Source: the human T2T-CHM13v2.0 reference genome, Homo sapiens
Assembly (NCBI GenBank): GCA_009914755.4
Contig: CP068257.2
Coordinates: 1,696,001-1,760,000 of the forward strand
Length of the DNA stretch: 64,000 nucleotides
Direction: 5' to 3'
Position numbers and translations under genes: made by a program. The notes below the pieces were generated by a model. It did not search any database. It was not told the origin of the DNA and saw only the letters and a list, made by a program, of their open reading frames with translations. Shown piece after piece: positions 42,950-58,472 of the stretch (within the stretch, counting starts at the first letter, position 1; each line of letters starts with the position of its first letter).

Positions 42950-45900
42950 AAATATATATTTTATTCTGTACATAAAATATCAAAGTACACCAGATATATA
43001 TTCTATAGTGTACATAAAATAACAAAGTACACAAACTATACATTATATACTGTACATAAAATATGAAATTACATCAAATATATATTAGGTACATAAAATA
43101 TGAAAGTACATCAAATATAGATTATATACTGTACATGAAATATCAATGTACCCCAAATATATATTTTATACTATACATGAAATATCAAAGTTCACAAACC
43201 ATATATTGTATACTGTACATAAAATATCAAAGTACCCAAGGTATATGTTCTATACTGTACAAAAAATATCAAAGTACCCAAAGCATGTATTATATACTGT
43301 ACATAAAATATGAAAGTACATCAAATATATATTTTATTCCGTACATAAAATATGAAAGTACACCAGATATATATTCTATAGTGTACATAAAATATCAAAG
43401 TACACAAACTATACATTATATACTGTACATAAAATATGAAATTACATCAAATATATATTATATAAGGTACATAAAATATGAAAGAACATCAAATATAGAT
43501 TATATACTCTACATTAAATACCAAAGAAACCCAAATATATATTATATACTCTACATGAAATATCAAAGTTCAAAAACTATATATTATATACTGTACATAA
43601 AATATCAAAGTACCCAAGGTATATATTCTATACTGTACAAAAAATATCAAAGTACCCAAAGCATGAATTATATACTGTATATAAAATATGAAAGTACATC
43701 AAATATATATTTTATTCTGTACATAAAATATCAAAGTACACCAGATATATATTCTATAGTGTACATAAAATAACAAAGTACAAAAACTATAAATTATATA
43801 CTGTACATAAAATATGAAATTACATCAAATATATATTAGGTACATAAAATATGCAAGTACATCAAATATAGATTATATACTGTACATAAAATATCAATGT
43901 ACCCCAAATATATATTTTATACTCGACATGAAATATCAAAGTTCACAAACCATATAATATATACTGTACATAAAATATCAAAGTACACAAGGTATATATT
44001 CTATAGTGTACAAAAAATATCAAAGAACCCAAAGCATGTATTATATACTGTACATAAAATATGAAAGTACATCAAATATATATTTTATTCTGTACATAAA
44101 ATATCAAAGTACACCAGATATATATTCTATAGTGTACATAAAATATCAAAGTACCCAAACTATACATTATATACTGTACATAAAATATGAAATTACATCA
44201 AATATATATTATATTAGGTACATAAAATATGAAAGTACATCAAATATAGATTATATACTGTACATTAAATACCAAAGTACCCCAAATATATATTTTATAC
44301 TGTACATGAAATATCAAAGTTCACAAACTATATATTATATACTGTACATATAATATCAAAGTACCCAAGGTATATATTCTATACTGTACAAAAAATATCA
44401 AAGTACCCAAAGCATGTATTATATACAGTACATAAAATATGAAAGTACATCAAATATTTATTTTATTCTGTACATAAAATATCAAAGTACACCAGATATA
44501 TATTCTATAGTGTACATAAAATAACAAAGTACACAAACTATAAATTATATACTGTACATAAAATATGAAATTACATCAAATATATATTAGGTACATAAAA
44601 TATGAAAGTACATTAAATATAGATTATATACTGTACATAAAATATCAATGTACCCCAAATATATATTTTATACTCTACATGAAATACCAAAGTTCACAAA
44701 CCATATATTATATACTGTACATAAAATATCAAAGTACCCAAGGTATATATTCTATACTGTACAAAAAATATCAAAGTACCCAAAGCATGTATTATATACT
44801 GTACATAAAATATGAAAGTACATCAAATATATATTTTATTCTGTACATAATATATCAAAGTACACCAGATATATATTCTATAGTGTACATAAAATATCAA
44901 AGTACCCAAACTATACATTATATACTGTACATAAAATATGAAATTACATCAAATATATATTATATTAGGTACATAAAATATGAAAGTACATCAAATATAG
45001 ATTATATACTGTACATAAAATATCAAAGTACCCCAAATATATATTATATACTCTACATGAAATATCAAAGTTCACAAACTATATATTATATACTGTACAT
45101 AAAATATCAAAGTACCCAAGGTATATATTCTATAATGTACAAAAAATATCAAAGTACCCAAAGCGTGTATTATATACTGTATATAAAATATGAAATTATA
45201 TCAAATATATATTTTATTCTGTACATACAATATCAAAGTACACCAGATATATATTCTATAGTGTACATAAAATATCAAAGTACCCAAACTATACATTATA
45301 TACTGTACATAAAATATGAAATTACATCAAATATATATTATATTAGGTACATAAAATATGAAAGTACATCAAATATAGATTATATACTGTACATTAAATA
45401 CCAAAGTACCCCAAATATACATTTTATACTGTACATGAAATATCAAAGTTCACAAACTATATATTATATACTGTACATAAAATATCAAAGTACCTAAGGT
45501 ATATATTCTATACTGTACAAAAAATATCAAAGTACCCAAAGCACGTATTATATACTGTACCTAAAGTATGAAAGTACATCAAATATATATTTTATTCTGT
45601 ACATAAAATATCAAAGTACACCAGATATATATTCTATAGTGTACATAAAATATCAAAGTACCCAAACTATACATTATATACTGTACATAAAATATGAAAT
45701 TACATCAAATATATATTATATTAGGTACATAAAATATGAAAGTACATCAAATATAGATTATACACTGTACATAAAATATCAAAGTACCCCAAATATATAT
45801 TATATACTCTACATGAAATATCAAAGTTCACAAACTATATATTATATACTGTACATAAAATAAAGTCCCCAAGGTACATATTCTATACTGTAGAAAAAAT

Positions 45901-47135
45901 ATCAAAGTACCCAAAGCATGTATTATATACTGTATATAAAATATGAAAGTACATCAAATATATATTTTATTCTGTACATAATATATCAAAGTACACCAGA
46001 TATATATTCTATAGTGTACATAAAATAACAAAGTACAAAAACTATAAATTAATATACTGTACATAAAATATGAAATTACATCAAATATATATTAGGTACA
46101 TAAAATATGAAAGTACATCAAATATAGATTATATACTGTAAATAAAATTTCAATGTACCCCAAATATACATTTTATACTCTACATGAAATATCAAAGTTC
46201 ACAAACCATATATTATATACTGTACTTAAAATATCAAAGTTCCCAAGGTATATATTCTATACTATACAAAAAATATCAAAGTACCCAAAGCATGTATTAT
46301 ATACTGTACCTAAAATATGAAAGTACATCAAATATATATTTTATTCTGTACATAAAATATCAAAGTACACCAGATATATATTCTATAGTGTACATAAAAT
46401 ATCAAAGTACCCAAATTATACATTATATACTGTACATAAAATATGAAATTACATCAAATATATTTTATATTACGTACATGAAATATGAAAGTACATCAAA
46501 TATAGATTATATACTGTACATTAAATACCAAAGTACCCTAAGTATATATTTTATACTGTACATGTAATATCAAAGTTCACAAACTATATATTATATACTG
46601 TACATATAATATCAAAGTACCCAAGGTATATATTCTATACTGTACAAAAAATAACAAAGTACCAAAAGCATGTATAATATACTGTACATAAAATATGAAA
46701 GTACATCAAATATATATTTTATTCTGTACATAAAATATCAAAGTACACCAGATATATATTCTATAATGTACATAAAATATCAAAGTACCCAAACTATACA
46801 TTATATACTGTAAATAAAATATGAAATTACATCAAATATATTTTATATTAGGTACATAAAATATGAAAGTACATCAAATAGAGATTATATACTGTACATT
46901 AAATACCAAAGTACCCCAAATATATATTTTATACTGTACATGAAATATCAAAGTTCACAAACTATATATTATATACTGTACATAAATTATCAAAGTACCC
47001 AAGGTATATATTCTATACTGTACAAAAAATATCAAAGTACCCAAAGCATGTATTATATACTGTACATAAAATATGAAAGTACATCAAATATATATTTTGT
47101 TCTGTACATAATATATCAAAGTACACCAGATATAT
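42950..47135. repeat. 4.13-kb (11-HOR) super-repeat, copy a of a tandem triplet; boundaries approximate
   Basis: 43063->47199 (+4136), 44006->48142 (+4136), 45639->49774 (+4135), 46940->51074 (+4134). The 236-aa pseudo-ORFs 43063..43773 and 47199..47909 share rare diagnostic variants (FIPYIKYESTPDIY, KYERTSNIDY, KYQRNPNIYY, SSKTIYY, SMNYILY). Confidence 0.75.
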
Positions 47136-50100
47136 ATTCTATAGTGTACATAAAATAACAAAGTACACAAACTATACATTATATACTGTACATAAAATAT
47201 GAAATTACATCAAATATATATTAGGTACATAAAATATGAAAGTACATCAAATATAGATTATATACTGTACATAAAATATCAATGTACCCCAAATATATAT
47301 TTTATACTATACATGAAATATCAAAGTTCACAAACCATATATTGTACACTGTACATAAAATATCAAAGTACCCAAGGTATATGTTCTATACTGTACAAAA
47401 AATATCAAAGTACCCAAAGCATGTATTATATACTGTACATAAAATATGAAAGTACATCAAATATATATTTTATTCCGTACATAAAATATGAAAGTACACC
47501 AGATATATATTCTATAGTGTACATAAAATATCAAAGTACACAAACTATACATTATATACTGTACATAAAATATGAAATTACATCAAATATATATTATATA
47601 AGGTACATAAAATATGAAAGAACATCAAATATAGATTATATACTGTATATTAAATACCAAAGAAACCCAAATATATATTATATACTCTACATGAAATATC
47701 AAAGTTCAAAAACTATATATTATATACTGTACATAAAATATCAAAGTACCCAAGGTATATATTCTATACTGTACAAAAAATATCAAAGTACCCAAAGCAT
47801 GAATTATATACTGTATATAAAATATGAAAGTACATCAAATATATATTTTATTCTATACATAAAGTATCAAAGTACACCAGATATATATTCTATAGTGTAC
47901 ATAAAATAACAAAGTACAAAAACTATAAATTATATACTGTACATAAAATATGAAATTACATCAAATATATATTAGGTACATAAAATATGAAAGTACATCA
48001 AATATAGATTATATACTGTACATAAAATATCAATGTACCCCAAATATATATTTTATACTCGACATGAAATATCAAAGTTCACAAACCATATAATATATAC
48101 TGTACATAAAATATCAAAGTACCCAAGGTATATATTCTATAGTGTACAAAAAATATCAAAGTACCCAAAGCATGTATTATATACTGTACATAAAATATGA
48201 AAGTACATCAAATATATATTTTATTCTTTACATAAAATATCAAAGTACACCAGATATATATTCTATAGTGTACATAAAATATCAAAGTACCCAAACTATA
48301 CATTATATACTGTACATAAAATATGAAATTACATCAAATATATATTATATTAGGTACATAAAATATGAAAGTACATCAAATATAGATTATATACTGTACA
48401 TTAAATACCAAAGTACCCCAAATATATATTTTATACTGTACATGAAATATCAAAGTTCACAAACTATATATTATATACTGTACATATAATATCAAAGTAC
48501 CCAAGGTATATATACTATACTGTACAAAAAATATCAAAGTACCCAAAGCATGTATTATATACAGTACATAAAATATGAAAGTACATCAAATATTTATTTT
48601 ATTCTGTACATAAAATATCAAAGTACACCAGATATATATTCTATAGTGTACATAAAATAACAAAGTACACAAACTATAAATTATATACTGTACATAAAAT
48701 ATGAAATTACATCAAATATATATTAGGTACATAAAATATGAAAGTACATCAAATATAGATTATATACTGTACATAAAATATCAATGTACCCCAAATATAT
48801 ATTTTATACTCGACATGAAATACCAAAGTTCACAAACCATATAATATATACTGTACATTAAATATCAAAGTACGCAAGGTATATATTCTATACTGTACAA
48901 AAAATATCAAAGTACCCAAAGCATGTATTATATACTGTACATAAAATATGAAAGTACATCAAATATATATTTTATTCTGTACATAAAATATCAAAGTACA
49001 CCAGATATATATTCTATAGTGTACATAAAATATCAAAGTACCCAAACTATACATTATATACTGTACATAAAATATGAAATTACATCAAATATATATTATA
49101 TTAGGTACATAAAATATGAAAGTACATCAAATATAGATTATATACTGTACATTAAATACCAAAGTACCCCAAATATATATTTTATACTGTACATGAAATA
49201 TCAAAGTTCACAAACTATATATTATATACTGTACATAAAATATCAAAGTACCCAAGGTATATATTCTATACTGTACAAAAAATATCAAAGTACCCAAAGC
49301 ATGTATTATATACTGTATATAAAATATGAAATTACATCAAATATATATTTTATTCTGTACATACAATATCAAAGTACACCAGATATATATTCTATAGTGT
49401 ACATAAAATATCAAAGTACCCAAACTATACATTATATACTGTACATAAAATATGAAATTACATCAAATATATATTATATTAGGTACATAAAATATGAAAG
49501 TACATCAAATATAGATTATATACTGTACATTAAATACCAAAGTACCCCAAATATACATTTTATACTGTACATGAAATATCAAAGTTCACAAACTATATAT
49601 TATATACTGTACATAAAATATCAAAGTACCTAAGGTATATATTCTATACTGTACAAAAAATATCAAAGTACCCAAAGCACGTATTATATACTGTACCTAA
49701 AATATGAAAGTACATCAAATATATATTTTATTCAGTATATAAATATCAAAGTACACCAGATATATATTCTATAGTGTACATAAAATATCAAAGTACCCAA
49801 ACTATACATTATATACTGTACATAAAATATGAAATTACATCAAATATATATTATATTAGGTACATAAAATATGAAAGTACATCAAATATAGATTATACAC
49901 TGTACATAAAATATGAAAGTACCCCAAATATATATTATATACTCTACATGAAATATCAAAGTTCACAAACTATATATTATATACTGTACATAAAATAAAG
50001 TCCCCAAGGTATATATTCTATACTGTAGAAAAAATATCAAAGTACCCAAAGCATGTATTATATACTGTATATAAAATATGAAAGTACATCAAATATATAT

Positions 50101-51270
50101 TTCATTCTGTACATAATATATCAAAGTACACCAGATATATATTCTATAGTGTACATAAAATAACAAAGTACAAAAACTATAAATTATATACTGTACATAA
50201 AATATGAAATTACATCAAATATATATTAGGTACATAAAATATGAAAGTACATCAAATATAGATTATATACTGTACATAAAATTTCAATGTACCCCAAATA
50301 TATATTTTATACTCTACATGAAATATCAAAGTTCACAAACCATATATTATATACTGTACATAAAATATCAAAGTTCCCAAGGTATATATTCTATACTATA
50401 CAAAAAATATCAAAGTACCCAAAGCATGTATTATATACTGTACCTAAAATATGAAAGTACATCAAATATATATTTTATTCTGTACATAAAATATCAAAGT
50501 ACACCAGATATATATTCTATAGTGTACATAAAATATCAAAGTACCCAAACTATACATTATATACTGTACATAAAATATGAAATTACATCAAATATATTTT
50601 ATATTAGGTACATGAAATATGAAAGTACATCAAATATAGATTATATACTGTACATTAAATACCAAAGTACCCCAAATATATATTTTATACTGTACATGTA
50701 ATATCAAAGTTCACAAACTATATATTATATACTGTACATATAATATCAAAGTACCCAAGGTATATATTCTATACTGTACAAAAAATAACAAAGTACCAAA
50801 AGCATGTATAATATACTGTACATAAAATATGAAAGTACATCAAATATATATTTTATTCTGTACATAAAATATCAAAGTACACCAGATATATATTCTATAA
50901 TGTACATAAAATATCGAAGTACCCAAACTATATATTATATACTGTAAATAAAATATGAAATTACATCAAATATATTTTATATTAGGTACATAAAATATGA
51001 AAGTACATCAAATATAGATTATATACTGTACATTAAATACCAAAGTACCCCAAATATATATTTTATACTGTACATGAAATATCAAAGTTCACAAACTATA
51101 TATTATATACTGTACATAAATTATCAAAGTACCCAATGTATATATTCTATACTGTACAAAAAATATCAAAGTACCCAAAGCATGTATTATATACTGTACA
51201 TAAAATATGAAAGTACATCAAATATATATTTTATTCCGTACATAAAATATGAAAGTACACCAGATATATA
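47136..51270. repeat. 4.13-kb super-repeat, copy b
   Basis: See copy a. Confidence 0.75.
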
Positions 51271-52200
51271 TTCTATAGTGTACATAAAATATCAAAGTAC
51301 ACAAACTATACATTATATACTGTACATAAAATATGAAATTACATCAAATAAATATTATATAAGGTACATAAAATATGAAAGAACATCAAATATAGATTAT
51401 ATACTGCACATTAAATACCAAAGAAACCCAAATATATATTATATACTCTACATGAAATATCAAAGTTCAAAAACTATATATTATATACTGTACATAAAAT
51501 ATCAAAGTACCCAAGGTATATATTCTATACTGTACAAAAAATATCAAAGTACCCAAAGCATGAATTATATACTGTATATAAAATATGAAAGTACATCAAA
51601 TATATATTTTATTCTATACATAAAGTATCAAAGTACACCAGATATATATTCTATAGTGTACATAAAATAACAAAGTACAAAAACTATAAATTATATACTG
51701 TACATAAAATATGAAATTACATCAAATATATATTAGGTACATAAAATATGAAAGTACATCAAATATAGATTATATACTGTACATAAAATATCAATGTACC
51801 CCAAATATATATTTTATACTCGACATGAAATATCAAAGTTCACAAACCATATAATATATACTGTACATAAAATATCAAAGTACCCAAGGTATATATTCTA
51901 TACTGTACAAAAAATATCAAAGTACCCAAAGCATGTATTATATACTGTACATAAAATATGAAAGTACATCAAATACATATTTTATTCTGTACATAAAATA
52001 TCAAAGTACACCAGATATATATTCTATAGTGTACATAAAATATCAAAGTACCCAAACTATACATTATATACTGTACATAAAATATGAGATTACATCAAAT
52101 ATATATTATATTAGGTACATAAAATATGAAAGTACATCAAATATAGATTATATACTGTACATTAAATACCAAAGTACCCCAAATATATATTATATACTCT
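51271..52200. repeat. 4.13-kb super-repeat, truncated copy c carrying a one-HOR (~373 bp) internal deletion
   Basis: Pseudo-ORF 51074..51670 begins like 46940..47158 (YINYQSTQ...) and continues like the later part of 47199..47909 (FIPYIKYESTPDIY ... SMNY). This equals fusion of two adjacent HOR units with one unit lost. Confidence 0.6.
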
Positions 52201-53549
52201 ACATGAAATATCAAAGTTCACATACTATGTATTATATACTGTACATAAAATATCAAAGTACCCAAGGTATATATTCTATACTGTACAAAAAATATCAAAG
52301 TACCCAAAGCATGCATTATATACTGTACATAAAATATGAAAGTACATCAAATATATATTTTATTCTGTATATAAAATATCAAAGTACACCAGATATATAT
52401 TCTATAGTGTACATAAAATATCAAAGTACCCAAACTATACATTATATACTGTACATAAAATATGAAATTACATCAAATATATATTAGGTACATAAAATAT
52501 GAAAGTACATCAAAGATAGATTATATACTGTACATAAAATATCAAAGTACCCCAAATATATATTATATACTCTACATGAAATATCAAAGTTCACAAACTA
52601 TATATTATATACTGTACATAAAATATCAAAGTACCCAAGGTATATATTCTATACTGTGCGAAAAATATCAAAGTACCCAAAGCATGTATTATATACTGTA
52701 TATAAAATATGAAAATACATCAAATATATATTTTATTCTGTACATAAAATATCAAAGTACAGCAGATATATATTCTATAGTGTACATAAAATAACAAAGT
52801 ACACAAACTATAAATTATATACTGTACATAAAATATGAAATTACATCAAATATATATTAGGTACATAAAATATGAAAGTACATCAAATATAGATTATATA
52901 CTGTACATATAATATCAATGTACCCCAAAAATATATTTTATACTCTACATGAAATATCAAAGTTCACAAACCGTACATTATATACTGTACATAAAATATC
53001 AAAGTACCCAAGGTATATATTCTATACTGTACAAAAAATATCAAAGTACCCAAAGCATGTATTATATACTGTACCTAAAATATGAAAGTACATCAAATAT
53101 ATATTTTATTCTGTACATAAAATATCAAAGTACACCAGATATATATTCTATAGTGTACATAAAGTAACAAAGTACACAAACTATACATTATATACTGTAC
53201 ATAAAATATGAAATTACATCAAATATATATTAGGTACATAAAATATGAAAGTACATCAAATATAGATTATATACTGTACATAAAATATCAATGTACCCCA
53301 AATATATATTTTATACTCTACATGAAATATGAAAGTTCACAAACCATATATTATATACTGTACATAAAATATCAAAGTACCCAATGTATATATTCTATAC
53401 TATACAAAAAATATCAAAGTACCCAAAGCATGTATTATATACTGTACATAAAATGTGAAAGTACATCAAATATATATCTTATTCTGTACATAAAATATCA
53501 AAGTACCCAAACTATACATTATATACTGTACATAAAATATGAAATTACA

Positions 53550-56500
53550 TCAAATATATATTAGGTACATAAAATATGAAAGTACATCAAATATAGATTA
53601 TATACTGTACATAAAATATCAAAGTACCCCAAATATATATTATATACTGTACATGAAATATCAAAGTTCACAACTATATATTACATACTGTACATAAAAT
53701 ATCAAAGTACCCAATTTATATATTCTATACTGTACAAAAAATATCAAAGTACCCAAAGCATGTATTATATACTGTACATAAAATATGAAAGTACATCAAA
53801 TATATATTTTATTCTGTACATAAAATATCAAAGTACAGAAGATATATATTCTATAGTGTACATAAAATATCAAAGTACCCAAACTATACATTATATACTG
53901 TACATAAAATATGAAATTACATCAAATATATATTAGGTACTTAAAATATGAAAGTACATCAAATATAGATTATATACTGTACATTAAATATCAAAGTACC
54001 CGAAATATATATTATATACTGTACATGAAATATCAAAGTTCACAAACTATATATTATATACTGTACATAAAATATCAAAGTACCCAAGGTATATATTCTA
54101 TACTGTACAAAAAATATCAAAGTACCCAAAGCATGTATTATATACTGTACATAAAATATGAAAGTACATCAAATATATATTTTATTCTGTACATAAAATA
54201 TCAAAGTACACCAGATATATATTCTATAGTGTACATAAAATAACAAAGTACACAAACTATAAATTATATACTGTACATAAAATATGAAATTACAACAAAT
54301 ATATATTAGGTACATAAAATATGAAAGTACATCAAATATAGATTATATACTGTACATATAATATCAATGTACCCCAAATATATATTTTATTCTCTACATG
54401 AAATATAAAGGTTCACAAACCATATATTATATACTGTACATAAAATATCAAAGTACCCAAGGTATATATTCTATACTGTACAAAAAATATCAAAGTACCC
54501 AAAGCATGTATTATACACTGTACATAAAATATGAAAGTACATCAAATATATATTTTATTCTGTACATAAAATATCAAAGTACACCAGATATATATTCTAT
54601 AGTGTACATAAAATATCAATTTACCCAAACTATACATTATATACTGTACATAAAATATGAAATTACATCAAATATTTATTATATTAGGTACATAAAATAT
54701 GAAAGTACATCAAATATAGATTATATACTGTACATAAAATATCAAAGTACCCCAAATATATATTATATACTCTACATGAAATATCAAAGTTCACAAACTA
54801 TATATTATATACTGTACATAAAATATCAAAGCACCCAAGGTATACATTCTATACTGTACAAAAAATATCAAATACCCAAAGCATGTATTATATACTATAT
54901 ATAAAATATGAAAGTACATCAAATATATATTTTAATCTGTACATAAAATATCAAAGTACACCAGATATATATTCTATAGTGTACATAAAATATCAAAGTA
55001 CCCAAACTATAAATTATATACTTTACATAAAATATGAAATTACATCAAATATATGTTAGGTACATAAAATATGAAAGTACATCAAATATAGATTATATAC
55101 TGTACATAAAATATCAAAGTACCCCAAATATATATTATATACTGTACATGAAATATCAAAGTTCAGAAACTATATATTATATACTGTACATAAAATATCA
55201 AAGTACCTAAGGTATATATTCTATACTGTACAAAAAATATCAAAGTACCCAAAGCATGTATTATATACTGTATATAAAATATGAAAGTACATCAAATATA
55301 TATTTTATTCTGTACAGAAAATATCAAAGTACACCAGATATATATTCTATAGTGTACATAAAATAACAAAGTACACAAACTATAAATTATATACTATACA
55401 TAAAATATGAAATTACATCAAATATATATTAGGTACATAAAATATGAAAGTACATCAAATATAGATTCTATACTGTACATATAATATCAATGTACCCCAA
55501 ATATATATTTTATACTCTACATGAAATATCAAAGTTCACAAACCATAAATTATATACTGTACATAAAATGTCAAAGTACCCAAGGTATATATTCTATACT
55601 GTACAAATAATATCAAAGTACCAAAAGCATGTATTATATACTGTACATAAAATATGAAAGTACATCAAATATATATTTTATTCTGTACATAAAATATCAA
55701 AGTACACCAGATATATATTCTATAGTGTACATAAAATATCAAAGTACCCAAACTATACATTATATACTGTACATAAAATATGAAATTACATCAAATATAT
55801 ATTATATTAGGTACATAAAATATGAAAGTACATCAAATATAGATTATATACTGTACATTAAATACCAAAGTACCAAAAATATATATTATATACTCTACAT
55901 GAAATATCAAAGTTCACAAACTATATATTGTATACTGTACATAAAATATCAAAGTACCCAAGGTATATATTCTATATTGTACAAAAAATATCAAAGTACC
56001 CAAAGCATGTATTATACACTATATATAAAATATGAAAGTACATCAAATATATATTTTATTCTGTACATAAAATATCAAAGTACACCAGATATATATTCTA
56101 TAGTGTACATAAAATATCAAAGTACCCAAACTATACATTATATAGTGTACATAAAATATGAAATTACATCAAATATATTTTATATTAGGTACATAAAATA
56201 TGAAAGTACATCAAATATAGATTGTATACTGTACATTAAATACCAAAGTACCCCAAATATATATTTTATACTGTACATGAAATATCAAAGTTCACACACT
56301 ATATATTATATACTGTACATAAAATATCAAAGTACCCAAGGTATATATTCTATACTGTACAAAAAATATCAAAGTACCCAAAGCATGTATTATATACTGT
56401 ACATAAAATATGAAAGTACATCAAATATATATTTTATTCTGTACATAATATATCAAAATACACCAGATATATATTCTATAGTGTACATAAAATAACAAAG

Positions 56501-58472
56501 TACACAAACTATACATTATATACTGTACATAAAATATGAAATTACATCAAATATATATTAGGTACATAAAATATGAAAGTACATCAAATATAGATTATAT
56601 ACTGTACATATAATATCAATGTACCCCAAATATATACTTTATACTCTACATGAAATATCAAAGTTCACAAACCATATATTATATACTGTACATAAAATAT
56701 CAAAGTACCCAAGGTATATATTCTATACTGTACAAAAAATATCAAAGTACCCAAAGCATGTATTATATACTGTACATAAAATATGAAAGTACATGAAATA
56801 TATATTTTATTCTGTACATAAAATATCAAAGTACACCAGATATATATTCTATAGTGTACATAAAATATCAAAGTACCCAAACTATACATTATATACTGTA
56901 CATAAAATATGAAATTACATCAAATATATATTATATTAGGTACATAAAATATGAAAGTACATCAAATATAGATTATATACTGTACATTAAATACCAAAGT
57001 ACCAAAAATATATATTATATACTCAACATGAAATATCAAAGTTCACAAACTATATATTATATACTGTACATAAAATATCAAAGTACCCAAGGTATATATT
57101 CTATATTGTACAAAAAATATCAAAGTACCCAAAGCATGTATTATATACTATATATAAAATATGAAAGTACATCAAATATATATTTTATTCTGTACATAAA
57201 ATATCAAAGTACACCAGATATATATTCTATAGTGTACATAAAATATCAAAGTACCCAAACTATAAATTATATACTTTACATAAAATATGAAATTACATCA
57301 AATATATGTTAGGTACATAAAATATGAAAGTACATCAAATATAGATTATATACTGTACAAAAAATATCAAAGTACCCCAAATATATATTATATACTGTAC
57401 ATGAAATATCAAAGTTCACAAACTATATATTATATACTGTACATAAAATATCAAAGTACCCAAGGTATATATTCTATACTGTACAAAAAATATCAAAGTA
57501 CCCAAAGCATGTATTATATACTGTACATAAAATATGAAAGTACATCAAATATATATTTAATTCTGTACATAAAATATCAAAGTACACCAGATATATATTC
57601 TATAGTGTACATAAAATATCAAAGTACCCAAACTATACATTATATACTGTACATAAAATATGAAATTACGTCAAATATATATTATATTAGGTACATAAAA
57701 TATGAAACTACATCAAATATAGATTATATACTGTACATATAATATCAATGTACCCCAAATATATACTTTATACTCTACATGAAATATCAAAGTTCACAAA
57801 CCATATATTATATACTGTACATAAAATATCAAAGTACCCAAGGTATATATTCTATACTGTACAAAAAATATCAAAGTACCCAAAGCATGTATTATATACT
57901 GTACATAAAATATGAAATTACATCAAATATATATTTTATTCTGAACATAAAATATCAAAGTACACCAGATATATATTCTATAGTGTACATAAAATATCAA
58001 AGTACCCAATCTATACATTATATATTGTACATAAAATATGAAATTACATCAAATATATATTAGGTACATAAAATATGAATGTACATCAAATATAGATTAT
58101 ATACTGTACATAAAATATCAAAGTACCCCAAATATATATTATATACTCTACATGAAATATCAAAGTTCACACACTATATATTATATACTGTACATAAAAT
58201 ATAAAAGTACCCAAGGTATATATTCTATACTGTACAAAAAATATCAAAGAACCCAAACCATGTATTATATACTGTACATAAAATATGAAAGTACATCAAA
58301 TATATATTTTATTCTGTACATAAAATATCAAAGTACACCAGATATATATTCTATAGTGTACATAAAATAACAAAGTACACAAACTATACATTATGTACTG
58401 TACATAAAATATGAAATTACATCAAATATATATTAGGTACATAAAATATGAAAGTACATCAAATATAGATTA
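53550..58472. repeat. 4,873-bp (13-HOR) super-repeat, copy a; boundaries approximate
   Basis: 53911->58784, 54398->59271, 55629->60502, 56665(-)->61538(-), 56854->61727, 57287->62160, 57779->62652, 58038->62911, all +4873 with identical pseudo-translations. The region before ~53.55k (53208 ORF) differs from 58411 by one 42-bp monomer deletion plus an extra HOR. Confidence 0.8.
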
